64,000 bases of DNA from the IMG/VR virus record IMGVR_UViG_3300043427_002668. One strand, written 5' to 3'. Shown here in pieces: positions 9,590-15,541 of this stretch. Position numbers and translations under genes: made by a program. Under the pieces are notes generated by a model. That model had not been told where the DNA came from. It saw only the letters and a list, made by a program, of their open reading frames with translations, and ran no database searches. The DNA comes from a virus (Duplodnaviria > Caudoviricetes). The stretch's first letter is position 1; each line of letters opens with the position of its first letter.

Positions 9590-9883
9590 ATGTCTATTGA
9601 TAATCTTCCACAAGAACCAGAAGACATAGTTAATATTGCTGCTAGAACAGGATATTTAAAAGTAGAAACTGATATAGGTGAAGTTAAATTAAACTCTTAT
9701 AATCAGGTAGAGATACAACCAAAAGGAACTCCATTTGGAACAAAGTTAAAAGTAGAAGCAGATGGGTCTATAACGCCGACTCTAACTTTTGATACCAAAA
9801 AGATGAGAGAACCTAGAAAGAAAATTGATCCAGAACAAATATTAGATGATGCTCTAGAGGATTTTTTTGATGAGCAACAGTAA
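9590..9883 (+). CDS. hypothetical protein
   Basis: 97 aa ORF, tight packing. Confidence 0.65.
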   Translation: MSIDNLPQEPEDIVNIAARTGYLKVETDIGEVKLNSYNQVEIQPKGTPFGTKLKVEADGSITPTLTFDTKKMREPRKKIDPEQILDDALEDFFDEQQ

Positions 9884-10151
9884 GTTTAATATCTTTGAAT
9901 TTAAGTTTGGTAAAGAAAAAAAATCTCTAAAGGAATGGATAAAGATAGGTGCAATTATTCACGGATCTTTAGACTTGATTTCTTTGATTCCTGGAGTTGA
10001 GAAAAGAAAGGCTTTTAATTTAATGGATGAGATTCAATTGAGAATCGGGACTATTGATGTTATTAATGATTATATTATTCAAGATGAAGAGTTATTAAAA
10101 TATCGTATAGATAGAGTTATTGATAAGTCTCTGGAGGAATATAATGATTAA
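9870..10151 (+). CDS. hypothetical protein
   Basis: 93 aa ORF overlapping neighbours. Confidence 0.65.
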   Translation: MSNSKFNIFEFKFGKEKKSLKEWIKIGAIIHGSLDLISLIPGVEKRKAFNLMDEIQLRIGTIDVINDYIIQDEELLKYRIDRVIDKSLEEYND

Positions 10152-10581
10152 ACTTTTCACTATCAAAGGTGGAAAAGTTAATATATTCGGTATTACTAAG
10201 GCGATGGTAATCGCTTTTATTACATCAAGTATTGTAGTTGCTATTGCGGGATATTTTAAATTATCTCAAGAAGATCTTTGGAAGTTTATTACGCTTATTC
10301 AACAGGAACTGGGAATTGAATTTGGAGAGGATTTGAATGAGAAGTTTAGGAATGATGAGAAGTTATTAGATTTTATCATCAAAAACAAAGTAGATCAAGC
10401 CATATATGACTATGAACGCTTGACAGGGGACTCTGGAACCCCTAGAATACCTTTGCCACGGTTGATAGAGAAGGCTCCAGAAGCTTCTATATGTTACACT
10501 GAAGAGTGTAAGAAACTAGGAGGAGAAATGAGACTTTGTGCTCCGTGGCTTGACACCTGTAAGGAAGAACCTGTAAAATAG
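10144..10581 (+). CDS. membrane-anchored protein with C-terminal four-Cys motif
   Basis: N-terminal TM; ICYTEECKKLGGEMRLCAPWLDTC. Confidence 0.65.
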   Translation: MIKLFTIKGGKVNIFGITKAMVIAFITSSIVVAIAGYFKLSQEDLWKFITLIQQELGIEFGEDLNEKFRNDEKLLDFIIKNKVDQAIYDYERLTGDSGTPRIPLPRLIEKAPEASICYTEECKKLGGEMRLCAPWLDTCKEEPVK

Positions 10582-10670
10582 AATATGTCGCGGTTTAAAC
10601 CTTAAGATAAGATCCAGTGGGGCACTTATTAAAAAGGTTTAATTTAGATTCACAACCACGCGACACTCAC

Positions 10671-10699
10671 TTGACGATCAAATCCTAACCTGGTATGAT
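10671..10699 (+). promoter_or_regulatory. sigma70 promoter for the tRNA array
   Basis: TTGACG-17 nt-TATGAT with TG extension. Confidence 0.7.
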
Positions 10700-10777
10700 T
10701 GTTTTGTTGGTTCGGAAGTCCTCTAACACTTCTGGTAATATACATAAGGCACTGTCTTATGCGTTTCCAACTTATAT

Positions 10778-10849
10778 GGGCTCATAGTTAAGCGGATATA
10801 ACCTTCGCCTTCTAAGCGAATGTCCCTGGTTCGATTCCAGGTGAGCCTG
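10778..10849 (+). tRNA. tRNA-Arg(TCT)
   Basis: Cloverleaf GGGCTCA/TGAGCCT; anticodon loop CT-TCT-AA; TTCGATT T-loop; no encoded CCA. Confidence 0.92.
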
Positions 10850-10933
10850 TTGGAGTTTATCTCCATATATAAAAGTAATAGAGAGTAAGTCTCTGTTATA
10901 TCCTTATGAGGTATATCACACTTACTCCATCTT

Positions 10934-11018
10934 GCCCGAATGGCGGAATTGGCAAACGCAATAGGTTTAGGTCCTATCGCCCTACGACGGCTTACAGGTT
11001 CAAATCCTGTTTCGGGCA
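10934..11018 (+). tRNA. tRNA-Leu(TAG)
   Basis: GCCCGAA/TTCGGGC; loop TT-TAG-GT; long variable arm. Confidence 0.92.
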
Positions 11019-11019
11019 C

Positions 11020-11048
11020 TTGACAATCAAACTCAAAAGGTTTATGAT
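11020..11048 (+). promoter_or_regulatory. sigma70 promoter inside the tRNA array
   Basis: TTGACA-17 nt-TATGAT, embedded in a GACAATCA/TGATTGTC inverted repeat. Confidence 0.65.
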
Positions 11049-11058
11049 TGTCTCATAA

Positions 11059-11129
11059 GCGGGTATAGTTTAGGGGTAAAATGCCATCCTTCCAAGTTGG
11101 AGTCACCGGTTCGATTCCGGTTACCCGCT
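11059..11129 (+). tRNA. tRNA-Gly(TCC)
   Basis: GCGGGTA/TACCCGC; loop CT-TCC-AA. Confidence 0.92.
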
Positions 11130-11149
11130 CTGAACCTTCGGGTTCTTAT

Positions 11150-11221
11150 TCCACAATGGCGCAGCGGTAGCGCAGAAGACTGTTAATCTTTTGGTCCCTG
11201 GTTCGAATCCAGGTTGTGGAG
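11150..11221 (+). tRNA. tRNA-Asn(GTT)
   Basis: TCCACAA/TTGTGGA; loop CT-GTT-AA. Confidence 0.93.
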
Positions 11222-11255
11222 TTGAAAGGGTTGGAAATGTCCGATTCTTTCATAT

Positions 11256-11453
11256 TGGTTCTGGGTGGAATTCCCAGCAGTTCCGTTAGGGACTGTCCTT
11301 TGTAGGTTCGATACCTACATCTTCCTTATGGGAGATAAGAACGGCTATTGGAAACCTTCGTAGGTGCCAAAACCTCTCCCCAGGTCGATGTTTAAACTGG
11401 TGCTTGGGTGAATGTAAAGAGTGGGGACATAGGTAAAGTCCCCAACACCTACC
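11256..11453 (+). ncRNA. ~200 nt multi-stem structured RNA, candidate manA RNA motif
   Basis: Four-hairpin junction closed by GTTCT/AGAAC, includes a T-loop, plus 3' pseudoknot. Size and tRNA adjacency fit the cyanophage manA motif; identity not verified. Confidence 0.5.
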
Positions 11454-11457
11454 ACAT

Positions 11458-11529
11458 CCTCTGGTAGTCTATTGGTAAGGACAGGCAGACAATGCACTTG
11501 GAAACTAGGTTCGATTCCTAGACAGAGGA
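11458..11529 (+). ncRNA. tRNA-like element with aberrant anticodon arm
   Basis: Acceptor, D and T arms are canonical; anticodon arm forms only a bulged stem with a 5-nt GACAA loop. Confidence 0.65.
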
Positions 11530-11535
11530 CCTTTT

Positions 11536-11608
11536 GCCCGATGACCCAGCTAGTGAAGGGACCTGCCTTACAAGCAGGCATCGGTAGGGGCGGAACCTAT
11601 ATCGGGCA
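11536..11608 (+). tRNA. tRNA-Val(TAC) with non-canonical T-loop
   Basis: GCCCGAT/ATCGGGC; loop CT-TAC-AA; T-loop GGCGGAA. Confidence 0.82.
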
Positions 11609-11638
11609 TACTTGATAAATAAATACAAAAAGAGTATA

Positions 11639-12073
11639 ATGGAAAAACTGTTTAAACTCTTAAGTGATGCTCAGTCATCACTTTTTGTTTTATTTCATAA
11701 AACTTGGGCGTTTCACTGGAATGTAGTTGGAGAAGATTTTACTCAACTACATCAACTCTTTGGCGGACAGTATGAAACGATGTTTGAAGAGATTGACAGA
11801 CTCTCCGAACATATGAGATACTTAAATGTAAAACCATTAAGTTCTCTTTCAAGAATGCTTGAGGTTACACAAATTAAAGAGGCAGCAAGTTCATCTGGAG
11901 CAAAAGATATGCTTCAAGAACTTCTGGATAATAACACTAAGTTTTGTGAGTTGATGGTAGAGATTTCGGAAGAAGCAGAGCAACAAAAGTCTTATGCAAC
12001 TGCTAATCTAGTTCAAGATTTAATGGAATCTCACGGTAAGTTTGTATGGCAATTAAGATCACATTTACAGTGA
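11639..12073 (+). CDS. dps: Dps family ferritin-like DNA-protecting protein
   Basis: HWNVVG..F..LH.LF..QY...IDRLSEHMR ferroxidase signature; C-terminal HGKFVWQLRS. Confidence 0.9.
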   Translation: MEKLFKLLSDAQSSLFVLFHKTWAFHWNVVGEDFTQLHQLFGGQYETMFEEIDRLSEHMRYLNVKPLSSLSRMLEVTQIKEAASSSGAKDMLQELLDNNTKFCELMVEISEEAEQQKSYATANLVQDLMESHGKFVWQLRSHLQ

Positions 12074-12088
12074 TGAGGATGAAGAACA

Positions 12089-12340
12089 ATGTTATCAATA
12101 AGATGCAAAGATTGTAATAGAGAACTAACAGGACACCACTCAAAAACAGTTACTTGTGGATGTCCGAATATGGCAACAATTCGTGGAGATAAGATTTCGG
12201 CACTTGACTTATCTCGCATTGTTATGCTAAACTCTTTAAAAGAAAATCAAAAAAAAGGTGTGCTGACTTCTCAAGATATTGCTTGGCAAGAAGCACGTCG
12301 CCAGCGTAAAGTTAGGCGTCTTGATTTTGAAGTTCGTTAA
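12089..12340 (+). CDS. small Zn-finger hypothetical protein
   Basis: CKDC...CGCPN motifs. Confidence 0.7.
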   Translation: MLSIRCKDCNRELTGHHSKTVTCGCPNMATIRGDKISALDLSRIVMLNSLKENQKKGVLTSQDIAWQEARRQRKVRRLDFEVR

Positions 12341-12352
12341 GAACTGAATATT

Positions 12353-12437
12353 GGAAAGGTGGTCGAGTGGTTGAAGGCTCCAGTCTTGAAAACTGGCGAT
12401 GTGAAAGCATCCGTGGGTTCGAATCCCACCCTTTCCG
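12353..12437 (+). tRNA. tRNA-Ser(TGA)
   Basis: GGAAAGG/CCTTTCC; loop CT-TGA-AA; long variable arm. Confidence 0.93.
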
Positions 12438-12549
12438 TTAAGAAGCATTAAAAATTTAAGATTCTCTTCAACAGTGTTACTCTTTGAACACAAATCGTTG
12501 ACGTTCAAAAGTCCAGAACTAGTATATAGTAGTAATACGAACTAGAAAA

Positions 12550-12699
12550 ATGGATCAACGCACCTATGATAATTGGGTGAAGATCAAAGAAACTTTTGAG
12601 GCTTCTGGTAACACTGATAATATGTTCTATAAAAGAGCAGTTGAGATAGTTAAAACCCGTAGAGATCCTCTTGCAAAATTTCTTGGAGATGAGAAGTGA
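12550..12699 (+). CDS. 49 aa hypothetical protein
   Basis: MDQRTYDNWVKIKETFEASGNTDNMFYKRAVEIVKTRRDPLAKFLGDEK read manually. Confidence 0.6.
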   Translation: MDQRTYDNWVKIKETFEASGNTDNMFYKRAVEIVKTRRDPLAKFLGDEK

Positions 12700-12899
12700 T
12701 GGAACCTCAAGACGAATTTATTACTCGTTCAGAAGTTCAGGAGATGATTGATGCAGCAATACGACGACACAACCGTAATGCTTCTATCATTAGTATGTGC
12801 GTCGGTTGGGTGGTTCTTGCTTTATTTGCTGAGGGACTACTGAGACTGATTGGTATTATTCCCCCACTCTTACCTTGGCTTAAGATCACGTTAAACTAA
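12699..12899 (+). CDS. small membrane protein
   Basis: ITRSEVQEMIDAAIRRHNRNAS followed by a TM helix. Confidence 0.7.
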   Translation: MEPQDEFITRSEVQEMIDAAIRRHNRNASIISMCVGWVVLALFAEGLLRLIGIIPPLLPWLKITLN

Positions 12900-13003
12900 T
12901 GTCAGAAGAAGATTTAGAAGAACTACTAAAAAGAGTTTTACAACAAAAGATGAATGAACTTTTTGAAGAACCTTCTACATACGAGGACGAAGACGATGAA
13001 TGA
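12899..13003 (+). CDS. 34 aa acidic peptide
   Basis: MSEEDLEELLKRVLQQKMNELFEEPSTYEDEDDE; overlaps both neighbours. Confidence 0.5.
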   Translation: MSEEDLEELLKRVLQQKMNELFEEPSTYEDEDDE

Positions 13004-13085
13004 CCGCATCTATACAGCACTCACAATCTTTGGTATAATAGGATTGTTAATCATTTGGTCCCTAGATCACGCATATATAAAATGA
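12996..13085 (+). CDS. 29 aa single-TM peptide
   Basis: MNDRIYTALTIFGIIGLLIIWSLDHAYIK. Confidence 0.5.
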   Translation: MNDRIYTALTIFGIIGLLIIWSLDHAYIK

Positions 13086-13198
13086 TTTTCCATATCGTAG
13101 AAGCACTCGCAGCAAATCCATTTTTTCTTTTTCTCTGCGGGTGCGGGTTGACAATCGTACCATTTGCTGGTATTATGTTTATACATAGAGACAAGTAA
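13082..13198 (+). CDS. 38 aa membrane peptide
   Basis: MIFHIVEALAANPFFLFLCGCGLTIVPFAGIMFIHRDK; ATGA overlap. Confidence 0.5.
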   Translation: MIFHIVEALAANPFFLFLCGCGLTIVPFAGIMFIHRDK

Positions 13199-13272
13199 CC
13201 GGGTTTAGCGCAGTTTGGTAGCGCATCTGCTTTGGGAGCAGAGGGTCGCAGGTTCGAATCCTGCAACTCGGA
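13199..13272 (+). tRNA. tRNA-Pro(TGG)
   Basis: CCGGGTT/AACTCGG; loop TT-TGG-GA. Confidence 0.92.
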
Positions 13273-13288
13273 CTCATAAAATCACTTT

Positions 13289-13522
13289 ATGAAAATGAAT
13301 CCAGAAATCGAAAAACTTCCATCCTTTACAATTGAAGAGTTTCAAGCAGATTTTGATAACCTTATGAATAGAGTAGAAAGCGGTGAGACACTACTCATCA
13401 AAAGTCAACACGGAAATGCAGTAATGGTTCCTTACAAAGAAGTGGTTAGTATATGTAACGAAGCAAATGTGGATCTTGAAGAGATAGTCAAGATTCACAC
13501 AGACCACGAAGAAGGGTCTTGA
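13289..13522 (+). CDS. Phd/YefM-like small protein (orphan antitoxin-like)
   Basis: FTIEEFQADFDNLMNRVESGETLLIKSQHGNAVMVP follows the Phd pattern; acidic tail. Confidence 0.45.
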   Translation: MKMNPEIEKLPSFTIEEFQADFDNLMNRVESGETLLIKSQHGNAVMVPYKEVVSICNEANVDLEEIVKIHTDHEEGS

Positions 13523-13547
13523 CAGAGCGTTCCAGGTCCGCTACTAT
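13519..13547 (+). promoter_or_regulatory. sigma70 promoter for tRNA-Ile
   Basis: TTGACA-17 nt-TACTAT. Confidence 0.7.
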
Positions 13548-13561
13548 AGATCTGGTCTTAA

Positions 13562-13633
13562 GGGACTGTCGCCTATGGGTTAAGGCCCACTGCTTATAAC
13601 GGTGTGAACTGAGTTCAAGTCTCAGCAGTCCTA
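13562..13633 (+). tRNA. tRNA-Ile(TAT)
   Basis: GGGACTG/CAGTCCT; loop CT-TAT-AA. Confidence 0.88.
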
Positions 13634-13635
13634 CT

Positions 13636-13783
13636 TTGCTTATCCATTTTGTAGTGGGTTTTTTAGGATAAGCAACAGAAAACCTACTTGAAAAAAGGAG
13701 AGTGAAAAACCCCAGCTGCAAGTCGGTGCGAAACAGACCTATGACTTGTATTGCGCTTCTGTTTCACTGTATGGATCTCTCCT
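13636..13783 (+). ncRNA. candidate structured RNA(s) between tRNA-Ile and the HNH gene
   Basis: 10-bp stem with pseudoknot potential (13636-13687), then nested stems AGGAGAG/CTCTCCT, GTGAAA/TTTCAC, TGCAAGTC/GACTTGTA. Confidence 0.5.
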
Positions 13784-13798
13784 CCAACATACATTTAT

Positions 13799-13806
13799 TA
13801 TAAATA
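13799..13806 (+). promoter_or_regulatory. T4-type late promoter TATAAATA inside an RBS-sequestering hairpin
   Basis: Exact consensus, flanked by ACATACAT/GTGTATGT. Confidence 0.7.
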
Positions 13807-13811
13807 GGTGT

Positions 13812-14252
13812 ATGTATACGTTCATAACCAAAATGATTATCTGTAAATCCTGCGGTAAAGAAGTTGAACAACATCCACGAAAAGGTGGAAGAGCAAAACT
13901 CTATTGTAATGAAACTTGCCGAATGAAATGGAGATATAGAAATGATCCTTGTGTTATGAACAGAAACACTTATACTGAACAAAAAGAACGTGCATATTCC
14001 AATAAATGGAAAGCACTTCAATATAAAGGTGCTAAGTGTCAAACTTGTGGTGAAGATAGGCCAGCAACTCTATGCTTTCATCATAGAGATCCTTCTCAAA
14101 AAGAATTAAAACTTGATGGAAGATCTTTTGCTAATAGGAAATGGGACACTATCAAAGAAGAAGTAGATAAATGTGATCTTCTTTGTCATAACTGCCATCA
14201 TATATTACATTATGGTGATAGTTGGGGAGAGTTTTTACAAACGCTGGTTTAG
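13812..14252 (+). CDS. HNH endonuclease (free-standing, in tRNA array)
   Basis: CQTCG...FHHRDP...KCDLLCHNCH; N-terminal CxxC/CxxxC; ATG 13812 follows an AGGTG SD; stop lies inside the tRNA-CAT gene. Confidence 0.85.
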   Translation: MYTFITKMIICKSCGKEVEQHPRKGGRAKLYCNETCRMKWRYRNDPCVMNRNTYTEQKERAYSNKWKALQYKGAKCQTCGEDRPATLCFHHRDPSQKELKLDGRSFANRKWDTIKEEVDKCDLLCHNCHHILHYGDSWGEFLQTLV

Positions 14253-14315
14253 CTCTCTGGCGAAAGCACTGCCCTCATAAGGCAAGATAGGTCGGTTCGA
14301 TCCCGACAACCAGCA
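14243..14315 (+). tRNA. tRNA-Met(CAT) (elongator Met or Ile2 not distinguishable by eye)
   Basis: GCTGGTT/AACCAGC; loop CT-CAT-AA. Confidence 0.85.
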
Positions 14316-14340
14316 TCAGACACTTCCCAAAGCGTCCTAC

Positions 14341-14369
14341 TTGACTTTCAAACATCAACACTCTATAAT
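14341..14369 (+). promoter_or_regulatory. sigma70 promoter
   Basis: TTGACT-17 nt-TATAAT. Confidence 0.75.
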
Positions 14370-14391
14370 AACAAGGTCAACAATCAAAACA

Positions 14392-14607
14392 ATGACTCTC
14401 ACTTCTAAATTCAAGAAAGACGTTCAAACCCTTCGCGGTGCAGCAAATGGTGATTTCTACCTTGATGTAAAGAATCCGAAACTCTACAAAAAGGTTCGCC
14501 GTTACTATGAAAACGAAGGTGTAGTGTTCTCGGGTGATCCTCTGGATGATTATGAAATGCTTATGGAATATGTTCTTGCCGATCTTGAATCCGTTGAAGT
14601 TGCATGA
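14392..14607 (+). CDS. conserved cyanophage hypothetical protein
   Basis: MTLTSKFKKDVQTLRGAANGDFYLDVKNPKLYKKV; ATG 14392 lies downstream of the promoter. Confidence 0.7.
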   Translation: MTLTSKFKKDVQTLRGAANGDFYLDVKNPKLYKKVRRYYENEGVVFSGDPLDDYEMLMEYVLADLESVEVA

Positions 14608-14837
14608 CAAAAGTTCTTCTGGAACGTGAAGGATATCGCTTCGTGGAAGCAGGTATCCTTGAAATCAACGGTAAACCTGATTATCGTTTACAGAAACAAA
14701 ATTACTATACCAAACGCTGGAACGACATTTATCTTTTTGATAATGGTCTTCAATGTACTACCGCTATGGAAGACATTGAGTATGCGAAATGGTTAGATCC
14801 AGATAGAGTTCCTTGTTATGTAAGGGATGATGATTAA
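14604..14837 (+). CDS. conserved cyanophage hypothetical protein
   Basis: 77 aa; ATGA overlap. Confidence 0.7.
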   Translation: MTKVLLEREGYRFVEAGILEINGKPDYRLQKQNYYTKRWNDIYLFDNGLQCTTAMEDIEYAKWLDPDRVPCYVRDDD

Positions 14838-14884
14838 ATAGTCACGGATGGACTTTAACAGCACTGGTCGGGAGCAAACCCCTA

Positions 14885-15112
14885 ATGTCAAAAACAAGTA
14901 TCTTACGATATCTTGGTAATCTTCTTCTCATTATTGGTTATCAAACTATGTTATGGGGAGATTTTAAATATGGTTTAATGTTAAAAGTTGTTGGGGGATT
15001 ACTCACAGTACCTTTTGCAATTAAACTTAAACTTTGGGATGTGCTATTCTTATGCGCTTTCTTTGGTATCTCCGAAATATCAAAGTTATCCCAACTTTTC
15101 TTAGTTTCATAA
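14885..15112 (+). CDS. small three-TM membrane protein
   Basis: 75 aa hydrophobic ORF. Confidence 0.65.
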   Translation: MSKTSILRYLGNLLLIIGYQTMLWGDFKYGLMLKVVGGLLTVPFAIKLKLWDVLFLCAFFGISEISKLSQLFLVS

Positions 15113-15178
15113 AACTAAGTGGTGGAGTCAACACGACCCCTTAAAACTAAATAAATTGAGAGTTTTTTACTAATAAAA

Positions 15179-15376
15179 ATGACAGTTAAAAAATCAACAT
15201 CTTCGGATAAACCTTATATGTCCGAATACGATAAAAGTGTTGAGACTCGTCTTCAAAATCTTGAAGAAAAGTTCAGCGATTCTAGTTCAGATAATATTGA
15301 TGAAGATAGACTTTCTGCTTTAGAAGCAAAGGTTAATAATCTTATTGAGAGACTTTCTAAAAAAATGTCTTTCTGA
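15179..15376 (+). CDS. short coiled-coil protein
   Basis: VETRLQNLEE...LSALEAKVNNLIERL. Confidence 0.6.
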   Translation: MTVKKSTSSDKPYMSEYDKSVETRLQNLEEKFSDSSSDNIDEDRLSALEAKVNNLIERLSKKMSF

Positions 15377-15377
15377 G

Positions 15378-15470
15378 TTTCCAATTTCTCTCAAGAATTG
15401 GTGGTGCGGATGGGGAATTCTTTCTCCGCCTGGTTTCCAATTTCCAGTTAAAGAATTGGTGGCGAGCCTG
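15378..15470 (+). ncRNA. probable wcaG RNA motif
   Basis: Two repeated CCAATT/AATTGG hairpins, each followed by TGGYG (TGGTGCGGA; TGGCGAGCCTG); located before a polysaccharide gene island, as known for the cyanophage wcaG motif. Confidence 0.6.
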
Positions 15471-15481
15471 AATTAATTATT

Positions 15482-15515
15482 GGAGGTTGACAACAACCTC
15501 CTTTTTTTGTATCAT
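15482..15515 (+). terminator. terminator hairpin overlapping a sigma70 promoter
   Basis: GGAGGTTG/CAACCTCC plus T7; contains TTGACA(15487)-17 nt-TATCAT(15510). Confidence 0.65.
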
Positions 15516-15541
15516 ATATAGATGGCGTTTAGTTATTTTCG

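Noticed and set aside
11233-11325. Selenocysteine-like tRNA (T-arm followed by ATCTTCC)
   Set aside because: No anticodon arm with TCA; ATCTTCC pairs locally with GGGAGAT, and the upstream GGAAATG is in a separate 13-bp hairpin.
13634-13690. Theta/HDV-like ribozyme after tRNA-Ile
   Set aside because: P1/P2 order fits, but there is no P3/L3, no GG for P1.1 and no G at the putative cleavage site; kept only as a pseudoknot.
13696-13783. Cobalamin riboswitch (CGGTG-like T-loop)
   Set aside because: Lacks the GGGAA, GCCACTG and CCCGCAACTGT core segments.
13636-14252. HEARO/IscB-type RNA-guided nuclease system
   Set aside because: The protein is only 146 aa, HNH only, with no RuvC motifs or PLMP domain; the adjacent RNA is much shorter than an omega-RNA.
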